Positions 11,886 to 23,571 of a stretch of 64,000 bases of DNA are shown here, piece after piece (positions within the stretch are counted from its first letter, which is position 1; every line of letters begins with the position of its first letter). Both the position numbers and the translations under genes were made by a program. Source of the DNA: Piedraia hortae CBS 480.64 (Eukaryota); assembly GCA_010093745.1 (NCBI GenBank), contig MU006003.1, forward strand, positions 1 through 64,000, in the 5' to 3' direction. The notes beneath the pieces were generated by a model. The model was not told where the DNA came from and ran no database searches. It was given only the letters and a program-made list of their open reading frames with translations.

Positions 11886-12510
11886 GTGACAGTCAGTGAC
11901 CGTCACTGCACTTTCTGGGTGACCGCCAGTGACAGTCACTGCAGTTGCGAGTGACAGGCAGTGACAGGAGCCGCTCTTTTCCAGCGACCGTCACTTTATC
12001 TTCTTGTGCATGAACTAGCGCGACGCTGGTTGCAGCGGCTCTGGTTGGCCGATTTTTGAGTCTGAAGTTCCTCTTACCCTCCGTCACTGATGGCCACTGA
12101 CGACCACTGCCAATTTTCGAGTGATCATGACAGCTTTTTTAAGTGACCTTCGCTTATAATTTGCTAGGACATTGACTAGCGCGGCGCTAAGATACAGTAG
12201 CTTTTATTGGTCGATTCTTTAGCCCGAAGTTTCTCCGGATCCGCTTCACCGATATTGACTGACCTCTACCATTTTCCAAGTGACCGTCGGTGAACAGCAG
12301 CACTGCCTCATTCAACTGACCGTCATGGATTAGTGTTTGGATTAGGATTCGTCAGTGGTATCGATTGAACATTTTCTAGCGCAGCCCTAGCTATGACAAC
12401 TCTGATTGGCTGCTCTTCATGACCCGAAATTTTTCCGCATGACCCTCATGAAGGACGACATAATTTAGCGTCACGCCAGCTATGACGGTTCTGATAGGTC
12501 GACCTACCCG
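11886..12510. repeat. Array of CAGTGAC-N-GTCACTG palindromes followed by four diverged ~60-bp CTAGCGC...ATTGG units
   Basis: Perfect palindromes at 11894-11908 and 11927-11941, with degenerate copies at 11959 and 11982. The ~60-bp units start near 12015, 12176, 12376 and 12465. Confidence 0.8.
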
Positions 12511-13111
12511 GACCTTGTTCAAACTTCATTGTTCAACTGTGTCAAATCTGAATACCTATCATTCACAGGGAGACGCGATGCATGTCGATGTTTTCACGTA
12601 TGGAACGAATTGTGTCATACGAATTGATTATCAAGGTTGATCGAAAGGCTGATACTGCGCACGAATGCAACGACTTTTGCCCAAAATATGAACGATTGGG
12701 AACTGGATAATGGAAGGTGAAAGCGCAAGGAAAGACGTCCTGCTGCTAATGTAATGGCACACATGCAGGAAATGGCCTTTAATTTTCGACACGCTACAAC
12801 AATGGATTATCTAATTGCAACATGCAACTTTCCAAGACAATATTTTGAGTGAGCACGTCCATATAGATGTTACTGACAGCTATTTATTGTCAAAATCGAT
12901 TGGCAACTGCTTGAAATATAATGGCATTTCCAGACCCGCTATCGTAAACCGTGAAAAATACATGATGGTACGACACCGTGTAGAAAACCACCACGAGACA
13001 TTGTGGTCGATTCTGGTTTTCCTCGAAAGCGTCCACCTCACTCCAAGATGGCAGAAAAACTCTGCCTACCAGCATACCCATTACTCACAGCGGCTATTCA
13101 ACTCACTAAGT

Positions 13112-15115
13112 ATGTCTTCCTCAGCTACGACTGGGACGGCCAAGTTTCCGGAACTTAACACTACCAAGCCTTCGAATAAATTTGCATTGGCATCTAAGGA
13201 ACAGAAGGTTAAGGCCCTCCACACTGTCATATGTGCCGCCAGAGCCAAGATCAAAGAGCAGAAAACCAACCTTGGCAAGGTGGCCAAAGTGGTCAGATCT
13301 GGTGCTAAAATGGAAAAAACCTCAATTGAGAGCCTAGCCCAAGCTTGGAAGAACGCTATAGCAGCTTACCAAGCCATTTTTAAAAAGTTGGATACCAACT
13401 TCGCAGATGTTCGCTAGCTGGCAAGAAGCGCCGGTTTCGCTCATCGTATCATCGTTGGAAATCATGCCGGTCCAGACGCTACTGTAAGCTCCAAGTAGCA
13501 TGTCATGGATTCGTATGAACCTGTTTCTCCTGGCAAGCGTGGGAGGGCATGCGAGATTGAAAGTGATAAGACGCCCGCGGCGGAAGCTGAAGCTGACAAT
13601 TGCAAGGGCGAAGCCAAGGTCAATCCGCAAGATAAATCTTCTCCGGCAAAGGAAGCTACTCCTGCCAAAGACAAAGCCCCAACATCGGCAAAATCGTCTT
13701 CAGCTGCTCCCACCAATCCGTCTTCAGCCTCCCGCTCGGAAGCTCCTGTGCGTAAAGACGAAGCCTCAACCAAGAGGCCTCAAGCAAACCAGACGGACAA
13801 GTCTTCTTCAGCTGCCGTCAATACCACACCGCAGGTGGATGTGAAAGTCAACTGTAAATCGTCACCTAAGGAGCGCATACCCCAGGCCAAGTCATCCGCG
13901 GTCAACCCATCGAACAAGAGTTCGGTCCCAGCTGGCACCGGGTCGTCCACTTCGACGCCGGTACCGCCGAAGGAAAATGTTAAGATCAGCTCGGAGTCTC
14001 CCTCGGCTCCAGTTGATTCGCCACTTTCCAATTTTGCAACGCCCAAGGTAAATGCTAAAGTCAACTCGGACAAAGGCACCAACTCTTTGTCTCCATCAGC
14101 TCCAGTCGATTCGCCTCTTGCCAGCTGTGCAACTCCTAAGGTAAATGTCAGCGCTAACCCTGATAAAAGCGAAGCCTCGACCAAGTTGCCAGACGCAGTC
14201 CCTGTTACACCTGGGAGCCATGGTAAAGCAGACACATTCGCCAAAGGACAGGAAACTGATGCCCTTCTCTCACCTTTACACACAGCATTTACCCAGAACC
14301 AAGAACAGGGTTTCCAGTTGAGCAAATCAGGTAAGATTCTTCGATTCGGTGGTCAAGTGGACATGGGAATGGTCATGAGCATCGCCGAAGTATTGCAGGG
14401 TGCGATGGAAGCCTACTGAGCTATCTTCGAACAATTAACTGACGGATCCCCAGTTGGTCTTGCCGGACGAATCCTGGGTGTGTGATCTCCTGGCAAACCT
14501 TCTCCCCTGGGCTCGCAAAAGGACCCAAGAGGTGTCTATGCCATCCCCAGGAGCCGACAGAAATTCTCTACCGATCCAGTTAAGCCATGCTCCCCTCCCG
14601 AACCGATTGTCGAGAAACCCAAATCGAGCGCCCCTACCGTGACGGTCGTCGACAAGCTGGAGGCCAAACCGAGCTCCCTTCCGGAAACAATCAAACAACC
14701 CAAGCCAAACCTTCCTCACCCTAATACCCCCATCAACACCGATGGCTGGTCCGCCGAACGCAAAGAATTCTTGGCAGAAGTACAGTCCCCTATCTCCGCA
14801 CGCCGCGAACGCGAGTGCAAGGTTGCGAAGAGGATGAAAAACCCGCTAACAGAGGCAGAGCAGAGGAGGCAGCTCCAAGAGGAACGCAAATCCCGTCTCG
14901 CAGCTAAAGAAAAGCTTATCGAGGAGACGATCAGGGCTGAAAACGTGGTCAGAGACGAGTTGGAGCGCGTGGTGCTTGAAGAAACTGATGGTACTGAGCG
15001 AAAGAGGAAGTTTCCTACCAAAGCTGAGGAGGAACGGGAAGAGAAGCGTATTCGTGTGGGGTTGGAGAAGGCGTTGAGTTCTCTGGCTGATTTGTTTGGC
15101 AAAATGAAGATTTGA
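13112..15115 (+). pseudogene. ~667-codon single-frame gene remnant of unknown function with four in-frame stops
   Basis: ORFs 12815-13417, 13505-14419 and 14639-15115 share one frame. They are separated only by TAG 13415, TAG 13496, TGA 14417 and TGA 14483. Confidence 0.7.
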
Positions 15116-18100
15116 TGGGAGAGTAGGGATTGAGTCAGGCACTTTGAACTATGTACTGTATGTTCTGCTTTCCTATCACATTCTCCAAGAGGGTACGGTT
15201 TCAGATATCTTTCTCCCACGGCCCGACCACAGGCAGACAGGTTTGTGGGTTACAATTTTGTTTTCCCACCAACATATCAAAAGAATCTCCTCAAAGTCCA
15301 TCGGCTTGTGGGTGCAAACACATCCCTAACATCGTGGCGTATCAGAAAACGATACGATCAGCCATACCTCTACTCTCTGAGTACCGCATGGTGTACATAA
15401 TCACATCTCCGTGCAACCGACTGTCTGACTCGCAGTGGAGAGTAGAACCGCATTCGTCCCTTGCCCATATTTATCCGATGTCCGCGTGCTCTTCACCCGC
15501 CGTTTCGAGAGACGATCCCTAAGCATCGACGAAAAGCTCATGGATCGCGAGAGGCGTGTAAGGGTGTCTAGCAACGTTGGCCGTGCCGTAAGAAAATGGC
15601 ATGTGGTTGTGAGATAGCTGGTATTCTGTCGGTCGTGGTAAGGATTGGCATTTTTTTATGAGTATGGTTGGATATATGCAATACTGGCCATCCCTTCCGG
15701 TAACGGAGGCGATCGTCGATGGCCATAATTTCTGTGCCCATAGATGATCTTCCTGTGCTCTTTTGTGTATATTCTTGGTTGTAGGCATGTATATACCCTG
15801 TGCTGCATCTGTACCCAGAAGTTTTAGGTTGTCGTGTAGGGAAGTCTTCGCATGATATATATACGCCTACAAATACGGCGTGGCGCGATGCACCCCCATA
15901 TTAAGACATCATGAGAGTGGCTATACTGCTTCAGTGAAAGTCTCCACTGCTATATGTCAAGGAGCGGATATTCTCTTCCTGACGACAGATATCATTGTCT
16001 CACCACCTGAGATAGAGAGGCTGTATCTACACTCCTTCGCCCTCGGGGGACTAAACATTCCTTCTTACCCTCGACCTTGTTAGCAGGAAGTATGATTGAA
16101 CCGTAGGACATTCTCATAACTTTTAATCCAACACTCCCGTCGCAATTGTTTGTTGTAAAGTGTGTTTTCACTTTGAAAGTCTTGCGCCACTACAAATCCC
16201 ACATCCAAGGGGCCAAAAAATAATGGCAAACATTCGACAAGCAAACAAAAGATAGATTCAACCACAAAACTGCCATGGATTTGCTGCGAAGCAATTTGCT
16301 AGCTACTTTGAGGCCATTTGTCTTCCAGCGGACGCAAATGACGAAAGTTGCAAGGAGTCTACGAGGGCAAGCTTCCTGGGAAGTTAATATATAGCGCTCT
16401 TCTCATGGACAACCGACTTTATCACATCAACCTCCACTAATATGTAAGCTTCATACCGGGTTGGTACATATCCAAGCGACATGGCTTTGATTCTTCCAGC
16501 GAGCAGCGAGATGTTTTATAGTGTCACCCTTGGTGACTTTATTCCGGTTTGGATGCGGGCACACTACTGAAGATGAAATTAGACTGCCGTATCCCGAGAC
16601 GAGGAAGTCTCAAGCGGTAACAGCCCTTGCTTGCATTAAAACCTTACAAGTTAGAGTGCACGGAAATGGCAGCCGATCATGTCCTCGCCGCAGGCGCCCA
16701 TTCAACTCCATGCAGCAGTCAATTAACTCGGATGATCCCTGATGGATACCTGCTATAGTACCTAGCCTGAACAAGCTGACCGTAGCGACCAATGACCCCT
16801 GATGACTGTGAACCAACTCATAATGTCTGCTTGAGGGACGATCTTCCCTCTGCTCTCTGCGGGTGAAGAAGTCCTGATAACAGAAATGTGGATGTGGCGG
16901 TCGCCAGAAACCCACTATCCTGTCCGGAGCCAGCAAGTCGCACCAGCTGAGCTGGAACGGCCAAGGAGCAAGATCAGCGGCCTAGAGCGCTGTTAGGCGA
17001 GCCCACAAGCCTGTCCCACAAAAACCTTATACGTTCACCTACTTGAACCATCCATGTGGACATCACGAGAAGAAACCTCAAGCAGTTCCACAGCTACTGC
17101 CGCAGTGGAGGCACCCACTCACCGAGCGTGCCATCTAAACCCATACCTTGGGCTGCCAGAAACGATGCCCAGCCCTTTGAGTGGATCGCAAATCCTCCGC
17201 CGCTACGACTAGAAACTGGCCTTCCCGTGCAAGGAGCAAGCTCAACAGACAGCCCAAAGGAGGAACAAGATTTTTCGCAAAACGAAGGATGTCTGAAGCG
17301 GCCATGAGAAACCGAATGCGTGGATAACGCCGTCCTTCAAACAGGGCTCAGCGATGAGTTTACATGTTCCAGAAAGAGTACCTAGACATGGATCCTCACA
17401 ATGTGGAGAAACTTCCCAGAGCGCAGGAGGTCAGCATCATTATGCTTTCCTAGGCCACCATGGAAACGATGATCTTTCAAGATATCAGATACCAGGCTCC
17501 ATAGCCCAAGATGCGTTGAGAGTTCCACAGTCGGGAATGCACACAAACTGGCTCGTGGCCATCTGCAAAGGCAAAACTTCTCACAAAGGGTCAATGATTT
17601 TTTCTTCGGGAAGGCCGCCACGGAACGATATAGGCACCTGCACACTGAATTCTGGTAGAGGCTCCGATAAATCCCACCGTGTTGTGCCTTCTACCCATTC
17701 CATGATTCCTTATGGTGGCCAAGATGGAAGATCTGCTCCATTGATTACGAAGAGGACATCGAAACCGGACTCCAAATGAACGCTAAACCGCCCTCACAGA
17801 ATCCATATGTCTTACTGAAGATGTCGCAGAGCAGAAAAACGAAGTTATGGAGCAGATGAACCGATGTTAATGATCGCGCTGGCGGATCAAAACACCCCTC
17901 GCTGTGTGGTTTGTTCTCACCGGGGTTAAGCGTCCAGATACACCGGGGGGCGAGACTAATTCCGAGAACAGGGCCGTGCGGGGTGTGAAGATGTGATGCG
18001 GGATGCATTTCCAGGTGCTTTGTTATCGCTCTGAGATAGTTTGACCTGGACTTGGACAAAGTTTGATTTAGATGTAGATGGAGTGTTTTAACTGGGAATG

Positions 18101-18433
18101 ATATTGGTAGGGATCTGTCTATTCGTTTGTCTCACCGCCTCCTCTTCCCGATCTCATTTCTTGAGCTCTCTGTAGATGCAGTCGAAGCTCTATGCGGCCT
18201 GGTGGACGGTCAAGCTTCACTTGTTTCCTTCCTGATGCAACTGCCGCACGGGTGACCAGATATCTTGACATGCTGAATGGAGAGACGGGAACACGATCAC
18301 CGGGGTATGTATATATAGTCACATGATGAAGGCAAAAGTCTACATCCACCTTCACAAACTTTCTGTAGTGTTCACTACACGTTAAGAAATCTCAGACGAC
18401 CTCACACCCTCCATGCGTGGGTGCATCGTAAAA

Positions 18434-19135
18434 CTACGTCCACCCAACTCCCAACTGACGCATCCTAACCGCCAACTCAAACAAATAGTCCAGACTCTCC
18501 GCCTGGGTCTTCGCCTGCTCCACAGTTTTCCCCCAAACATAAACCCCATGTCTCCTCACCAGCACAGCGCACGCATCCGTGTCTTCCCTCATCGCCTTCT
18601 CCATTGCGTCCGTAAGATCCTCCTCACGGGCCGTATTCTCAATAATGGGCACCGACAACGTATCAAAATAACTTAAATTTCCACTTTTGCGACCACCCTC
18701 TTTGATCTCCGCGCCGCCGATCCCGCCGTGGGAGATTCCTTTGATTTGTTCAATCTCGCGAATGGTGAATTTGGTGAGGTTTGAGGCTTCGCAGATTAGG
18801 GTTACGAGGACGGCCCATTGCGAGTGCGTGTGGATGCAGCAGTTTGCGTCGCGGAGACGGTAGGCGGTTAGAAAGAGGGGTGTGCATGCTGAGGGCTTTA
18901 GACTGGGTGGGCTGTAGATGTAGTTTTGGCTGGACCAGTCGAGGACAAAGATGTCAGAGGATCGGATTTGTTCTTTTTGCACGCCGGATGGTGCCAAATA
19001 GACGTGCTCGTTGTGGCGGATGCTGATCCCGCCTCCGGTTCCCGTTACCCAGCCGAGGGTGTAAAAGTGTTTGCAGAGGCTGGGGATGAGGTTAGCGGGA
19101 TGGTTGGGGTCTGTGGATTGGATGACTTCTTTCAT
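18434..19135 (-). CDS. MDE1: Methylthioribulose-1-phosphate dehydratase (methionine salvage)
   Basis: [50 protein letters not shown] and [12 protein letters not shown]. Confidence 0.93.
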   Translation of the reverse strand: MKEVIQSTDPNHPANLIPSLCKHFYTLGWVTGTGGGISIRHNEHVYLAPSGVQKEQIRSSDIFVLDWSSQNYIYSPPSLKPSACTPLFLTAYRLRDANCCIHTHSQWAVLVTLICEASNLTKFTIREIEQIKGISHGGIGGAEIKEGGRKSGNLSYFDTLSVPIIENTAREEDLTDAMEKAMREDTDACAVLVRRHGVYVWGKTVEQAKTQAESLDYLFELAVRMRQLGVGWT

Positions 19136-19258
19136 GGTGGAGTGTAGTGGGGAAGGATGACTTTGCAAGTAATGGATATCGTATTCTCTAAAAGACCAAT
19201 CTTGTTTAACCTCCCGAGTGTCAACGCCGCAGTGCTATGCAAGACCCAAACTGTTCTA

Positions 19259-22200
19259 TCATGCATCTCCCCCATACCTTCCCACAGTAATGAGGGCTTC
19301 TCTTTTCGGCGAATCCTTGACCGCCGGGCCAAACCAGGTGAGGCGGGTGACCGTGGCAGAATCACCGTCCAAGCGACCCAATCCACCATTACGAAGCCAC
19401 TGTTGGCAAAGTTCAAGAATGAAGGCGAGCTTTTGAGGAATCATGTTCGCCCGGGCAGCGCGGGAACGAATGCGGCCTCCTCCATGCAGCAGCGAGATTA
19501 CACTGTCGTTGTAGACTTCGCGCGTACTGACATGGTGTGCTGTAAGGTCATGCTGGGTCGCGAGATATGTAGCTGCTTCGGTGGTGAGACAGGTAGCTGA
19601 TATGTGCGTTCCGGTGGGTGAGAGAACGATCTTGGTGTGATCAGGGAAGTGAACCTGCATCCTCGTTAGCATTGTCTATGCCTAGAGGCATATTTCTTAC
19701 CTGAAAACAGCCATCTGCAAACCCCCAGATGCCGACATTTCCAACACGTTGATAGAAACGAACATAGTTGCCGCCTGTCTTCCACCCTTCCAATTCATCA
19801 CTTTCCAGCGACTGGCACATGTACCGTCCAAATTTAGCCCACAACACTTTCAGAGTCTTGAGTCTGAGTGCCTCTGTGGGATTAGGGCCGTGTCGACCGT
19901 ATTGCTTGAGCACAATCCCTGCGTCTCCGCAATCCTCTGCAACTTCCAATGGCACTTTGTCCAGTCCTTCTAGCCCTGAGCCAATCTCCTGTAACCAGTC
20001 GGTGCCCTTTCGAGCGTGAACATGGGTAACAGGTGTCTTATGCTTGGCCGAAGCGTTGACGATGCACCCGATTGTACCGTCTGACATTACATATCCAACG
20101 CCATGCTTGCGACTGTAATCGACCCAGCGAACGACAAACGGCAGCTGGTCCGCCTCACGCGCGGGAGTCAAGGTAGACTTGTTTGCAAGCGCTGCCGCCA
20201 GATTGTCACAGAAGAGGCCTAGCCGCTGCAAGACGGACTCTGGATCTGTCCCGGCCACGTTCCCTTCCGGTCTCTGTGGTTTCTGCGGCACCGGAAGCTT
20301 CTTACTCCGCATAGACGGCGGCGGGGGCAGTGACAATGCAGGCTTATTGTCCTCTTCGTGGTCTGACAGAATCTCAACAACAGCATGTCTGGAACGCTTG
20401 ATTGGCGGGACTTTGGCCAGGTCATTCAGCGTTACCAACGGACCCAAAGCGTCTGTTGTGGCTGTCTTGGGGTTTGCACGCAGAGATGAAGGCTTTGCAG
20501 AGGGATTTGCAGGCATAGCAGCAGAGAGCTTTGCAGGCATGGTTGACTGCGGCAAAGCCTCCATGGAAGACGGGGGTAGAGGGCTCACATTAGGTGGAGG
20601 CTGAGCGTTCATAGCAGATTGTGGCTTAGGCCCCAAGGTCGTCGTGACCTTTCTCAGCGATCTGGCTGGTCCACGTGGCCGTCTTGCAAGACTGGCATCA
20701 GCACTGCGCTTGACAGGAGGTGCATCATCAACTTCTGGTTGTTTAATCCGGACGCTCTTAGACTCCGGAGCTGAGGAACTGACGAAGCCTCTCAGAGTAG
20801 TGGTGGATATAGGAGCTGGTCGAATCTTTGGCACCAGCAAATTATGTGATGCCGGTGCTTCTGTAGCGATCTTAATGCCTCTGGCATCTGCAGTCTCCTC
20901 GCTGATGGTGCGAGCAGATTTACGGATCGTAGCGGTGCCTGCGCGGGATGACGGACGGATCGGAGGCTGCATCAGCTCCGCATCTCTTGCTGGGGCCATT
21001 TCACGTCTCTGGCCGGCCACTTCGTTGTTGGAAATCTCCTTCAAGCCGGTTCCTCTGCACCTTGGCCTAGCCATGAGCGTGCCTGAGCGCGAGGCCTCGG
21101 CGGACTGCTTAGGCACATCCCAACTGTTAATGGTTGAGATATACACGGTTTCTGCAGGAAGGGGCATAGATGGCTGACGACCAAGCTGGACTTCAACTGC
21201 CATGTCATGGACGATACTCCTCACCTTCCTGCCGCCATTAAATCGGAAGGCCTTACCATCCAACTCCCCGACGCCCGTCTTCATGCACAAAGCAAACCAC
21301 GACTCACTGTAGCCTCTGCTCAAGGTACCGGGCGAAGGCACTCCGTTCTCTGACCACACAGGCGCAACTGTACGAGCTGAAGATGGGATCTTCGGTGGCA
21401 CCCAGGCGAGTCTGAAGAAATCCTGACTGACAATCTGATCTGGCGGAGGACGTTGCTCTTCGGGCACCAAGAGACTTGCGACCAAATTGCGCAGATCAGC
21501 GCTTTGGTTGGTGGTCGCATTGAGTTCAGGCCACGTATATGTGCCCGATTTTAGCTTCTTGTAGATTTCCTCCTTTGTGCTTGCGTGGAAGGGCGCTTTG
21601 CCAACAGCCAGAGTGTATGCAATGACTCCAATCGCCCACAAATCAACCTTTTCGTCGTGTCCTTTTCCCTTTTCAAGGATCTCAGGAGCCAGATAGTTCG
21701 GTGTGCCACACATAGTCGTCCGTCGTCTGACTTCCATTTCCTTTTCAGTCACCAGCAAAGCCGCAAGCCCAAAGTCCCCGACCTTGACGTCCATGTTTTT
21801 GTCTAGAAACAGGTTTCCAGTCTTCAAGTCTCGATGCACGATATGCCGACAGTGCAGGTACTTGACGGCGCCGCAAATCTGGACAACAATGCGCCGAATC
21901 TCGGGCAGAGACAGGTATCCCCGTCGCTTGAGCATGTCGGCCAATGAGCCATTGGGACACAGCTCCAACACCACATACGTGCTGGTCTCGAACGGGAATG
22001 CGCGGTAGAAAGCGACAATGTTTGGATGCGCCAGCTTGGAATGGATTTGAAGCTCTGTAACAAACTGCACAGGTCAGTATTCGCGCAAAAGTTGCCTTGG
22101 ATCACGTACCTTTTGCGCCAATTTCGCTGGCTCCATCTTCGTCTTTACAATCTTCAACGCGACCAGATGGCCCGTTTGCTTGTTATTCTCTATCCTTTCG

Positions 22201-22316
22201 GCGCGGTGGCAGATTGCAAAACCGCCCTTGCCCAGCGCCGGGCCCGTCGCGTAAGAAAACTGCCCTGTCGGCTCCATAACAATTGGCGGCGGAGGCGCCG
22301 CATGGATTGAAGACAT
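19259..22316 (-). CDS. CDC5: Polo-like kinase; introns ~22066-22109 and ~19655-19700 (start codon uncertain)
   Basis: LGKGGFAIC, HRDLKTGNLFL, VGDFGLA and CGTPNYLAPE. Polo boxes FVVRWVDYSRKHGVGY and FQVHFPDHTKIVL. Confidence 0.88.
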
Positions 22317-22711
22317 GTTGGCGCCTTGTTCAATGTTGCTTGAACGCAAGTCCAAGGTTCGTGGATGTTGTAAACGTGATGCTGGTCCCGAAGTTGCCAC
22401 GGCAACGAGACCGCACTAGACAGGGGTGGGTGGTCAACCCCGCAATTCCACATGACATTCACCGAGACTTGGTTATGTGAGTCGCGCTTGGAGAAGACAT
22501 GAGGGTTGTCTTGGACTGGTCTTGGATGCCGATGTGAGTCGCGCTGGCACAAAACATTGCCAGATAGTGTAAGTCTTACCGAACGCTGAGGAATTGCGAC
22601 ACGCTTTGCAGAAGCCGGATCTGCTGCTGGGATGTAGAATTGGATCGCCGTTGACAGACGGTCAGGTAACAAATATGACGTAGCATTAACTACAATTTCT
22701 CACTCGCAGCA

Positions 22712-23390
22712 TTAAACCGCATTGTCTTTGAGCCACTTCTCCCAGTCATCTTTGGTGAAGCTGCTCGAGATGCCGTTCTCGACAACGCCATTGAACAGCA
22801 CTGTGGGTGTAACATGCACGCCGGTAAGTCGATTAGCCTATGTCAAGACGGTCAACAAATGCGGCACGCTCCCAATCATCCTATCATACCTTGACCATCA
22901 ACTTGATGTCATTCGTAACTCCGTTTCCAGAGTTCTTGCTACCGTCTTTACCCGGCTTGTCGTCAATCTTCAGGAGTTCAAACACTTTCCCTTCATCGAT
23001 CCCTGTGCTGCCTGCAAGCTTCGCGAGACGCTTGTAGGTCTCATTCCTTGTCTCATTAACCACACCCACATCAAAGTAGTCATCCTGATTCTCGAACAAC
23101 ACTCTGCTAAAATCCCAAAACTTGGATGCATCAACCTTCAAGACAGCTGCTCCTGCTTCGTGGACGAGTGTTGAAGACGGATGCCACGGCTGGATTTGCT
23201 GGCGGAAAATGAATTGTACCTTATCAGCGTACTTGGCCTTTACTATGGGAAACACCTCATTGTAGACGGTGTTGAACATCTTTTTGGAAAAGGGACAAAC
23301 GTAGTCCAGGTAGAGTTCGAGAGTGTTCAACGATCCATGCGACACAACGGCCGACAGTTTTTGACCTGCGAACCTGGGATTGAGTGTCAT
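22712..23390 (-). CDS. DsbA/thioredoxin-fold protein; intron ~22838-22889
   Basis: LELYLDYVCPFS, QQIQPWHPSS and C-terminal GVHVTPTVLFNG. Confidence 0.8.
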
Positions 23391-23571
23391 GTTGCTGTCG
23401 TGGATGGGCTGACGTCACACAGTGAGAGTGCGGTGTAGTGATGTCATTCCTATTTTCTGATGCTGTCATCCCACATGGGCATCTAAACGCAGTGGGGCAC
23501 ACGGAGAGAACCCTAAATTGACACGTCCAAATTTATCATGTCAAAGGTCAAACGCCATTTATAATGACGAA

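Noticed and set aside
11886..12510. CRISPR-like array
   Set aside because: Eukaryotic context, degenerate repeats with irregular related spacers, and no cas genes.
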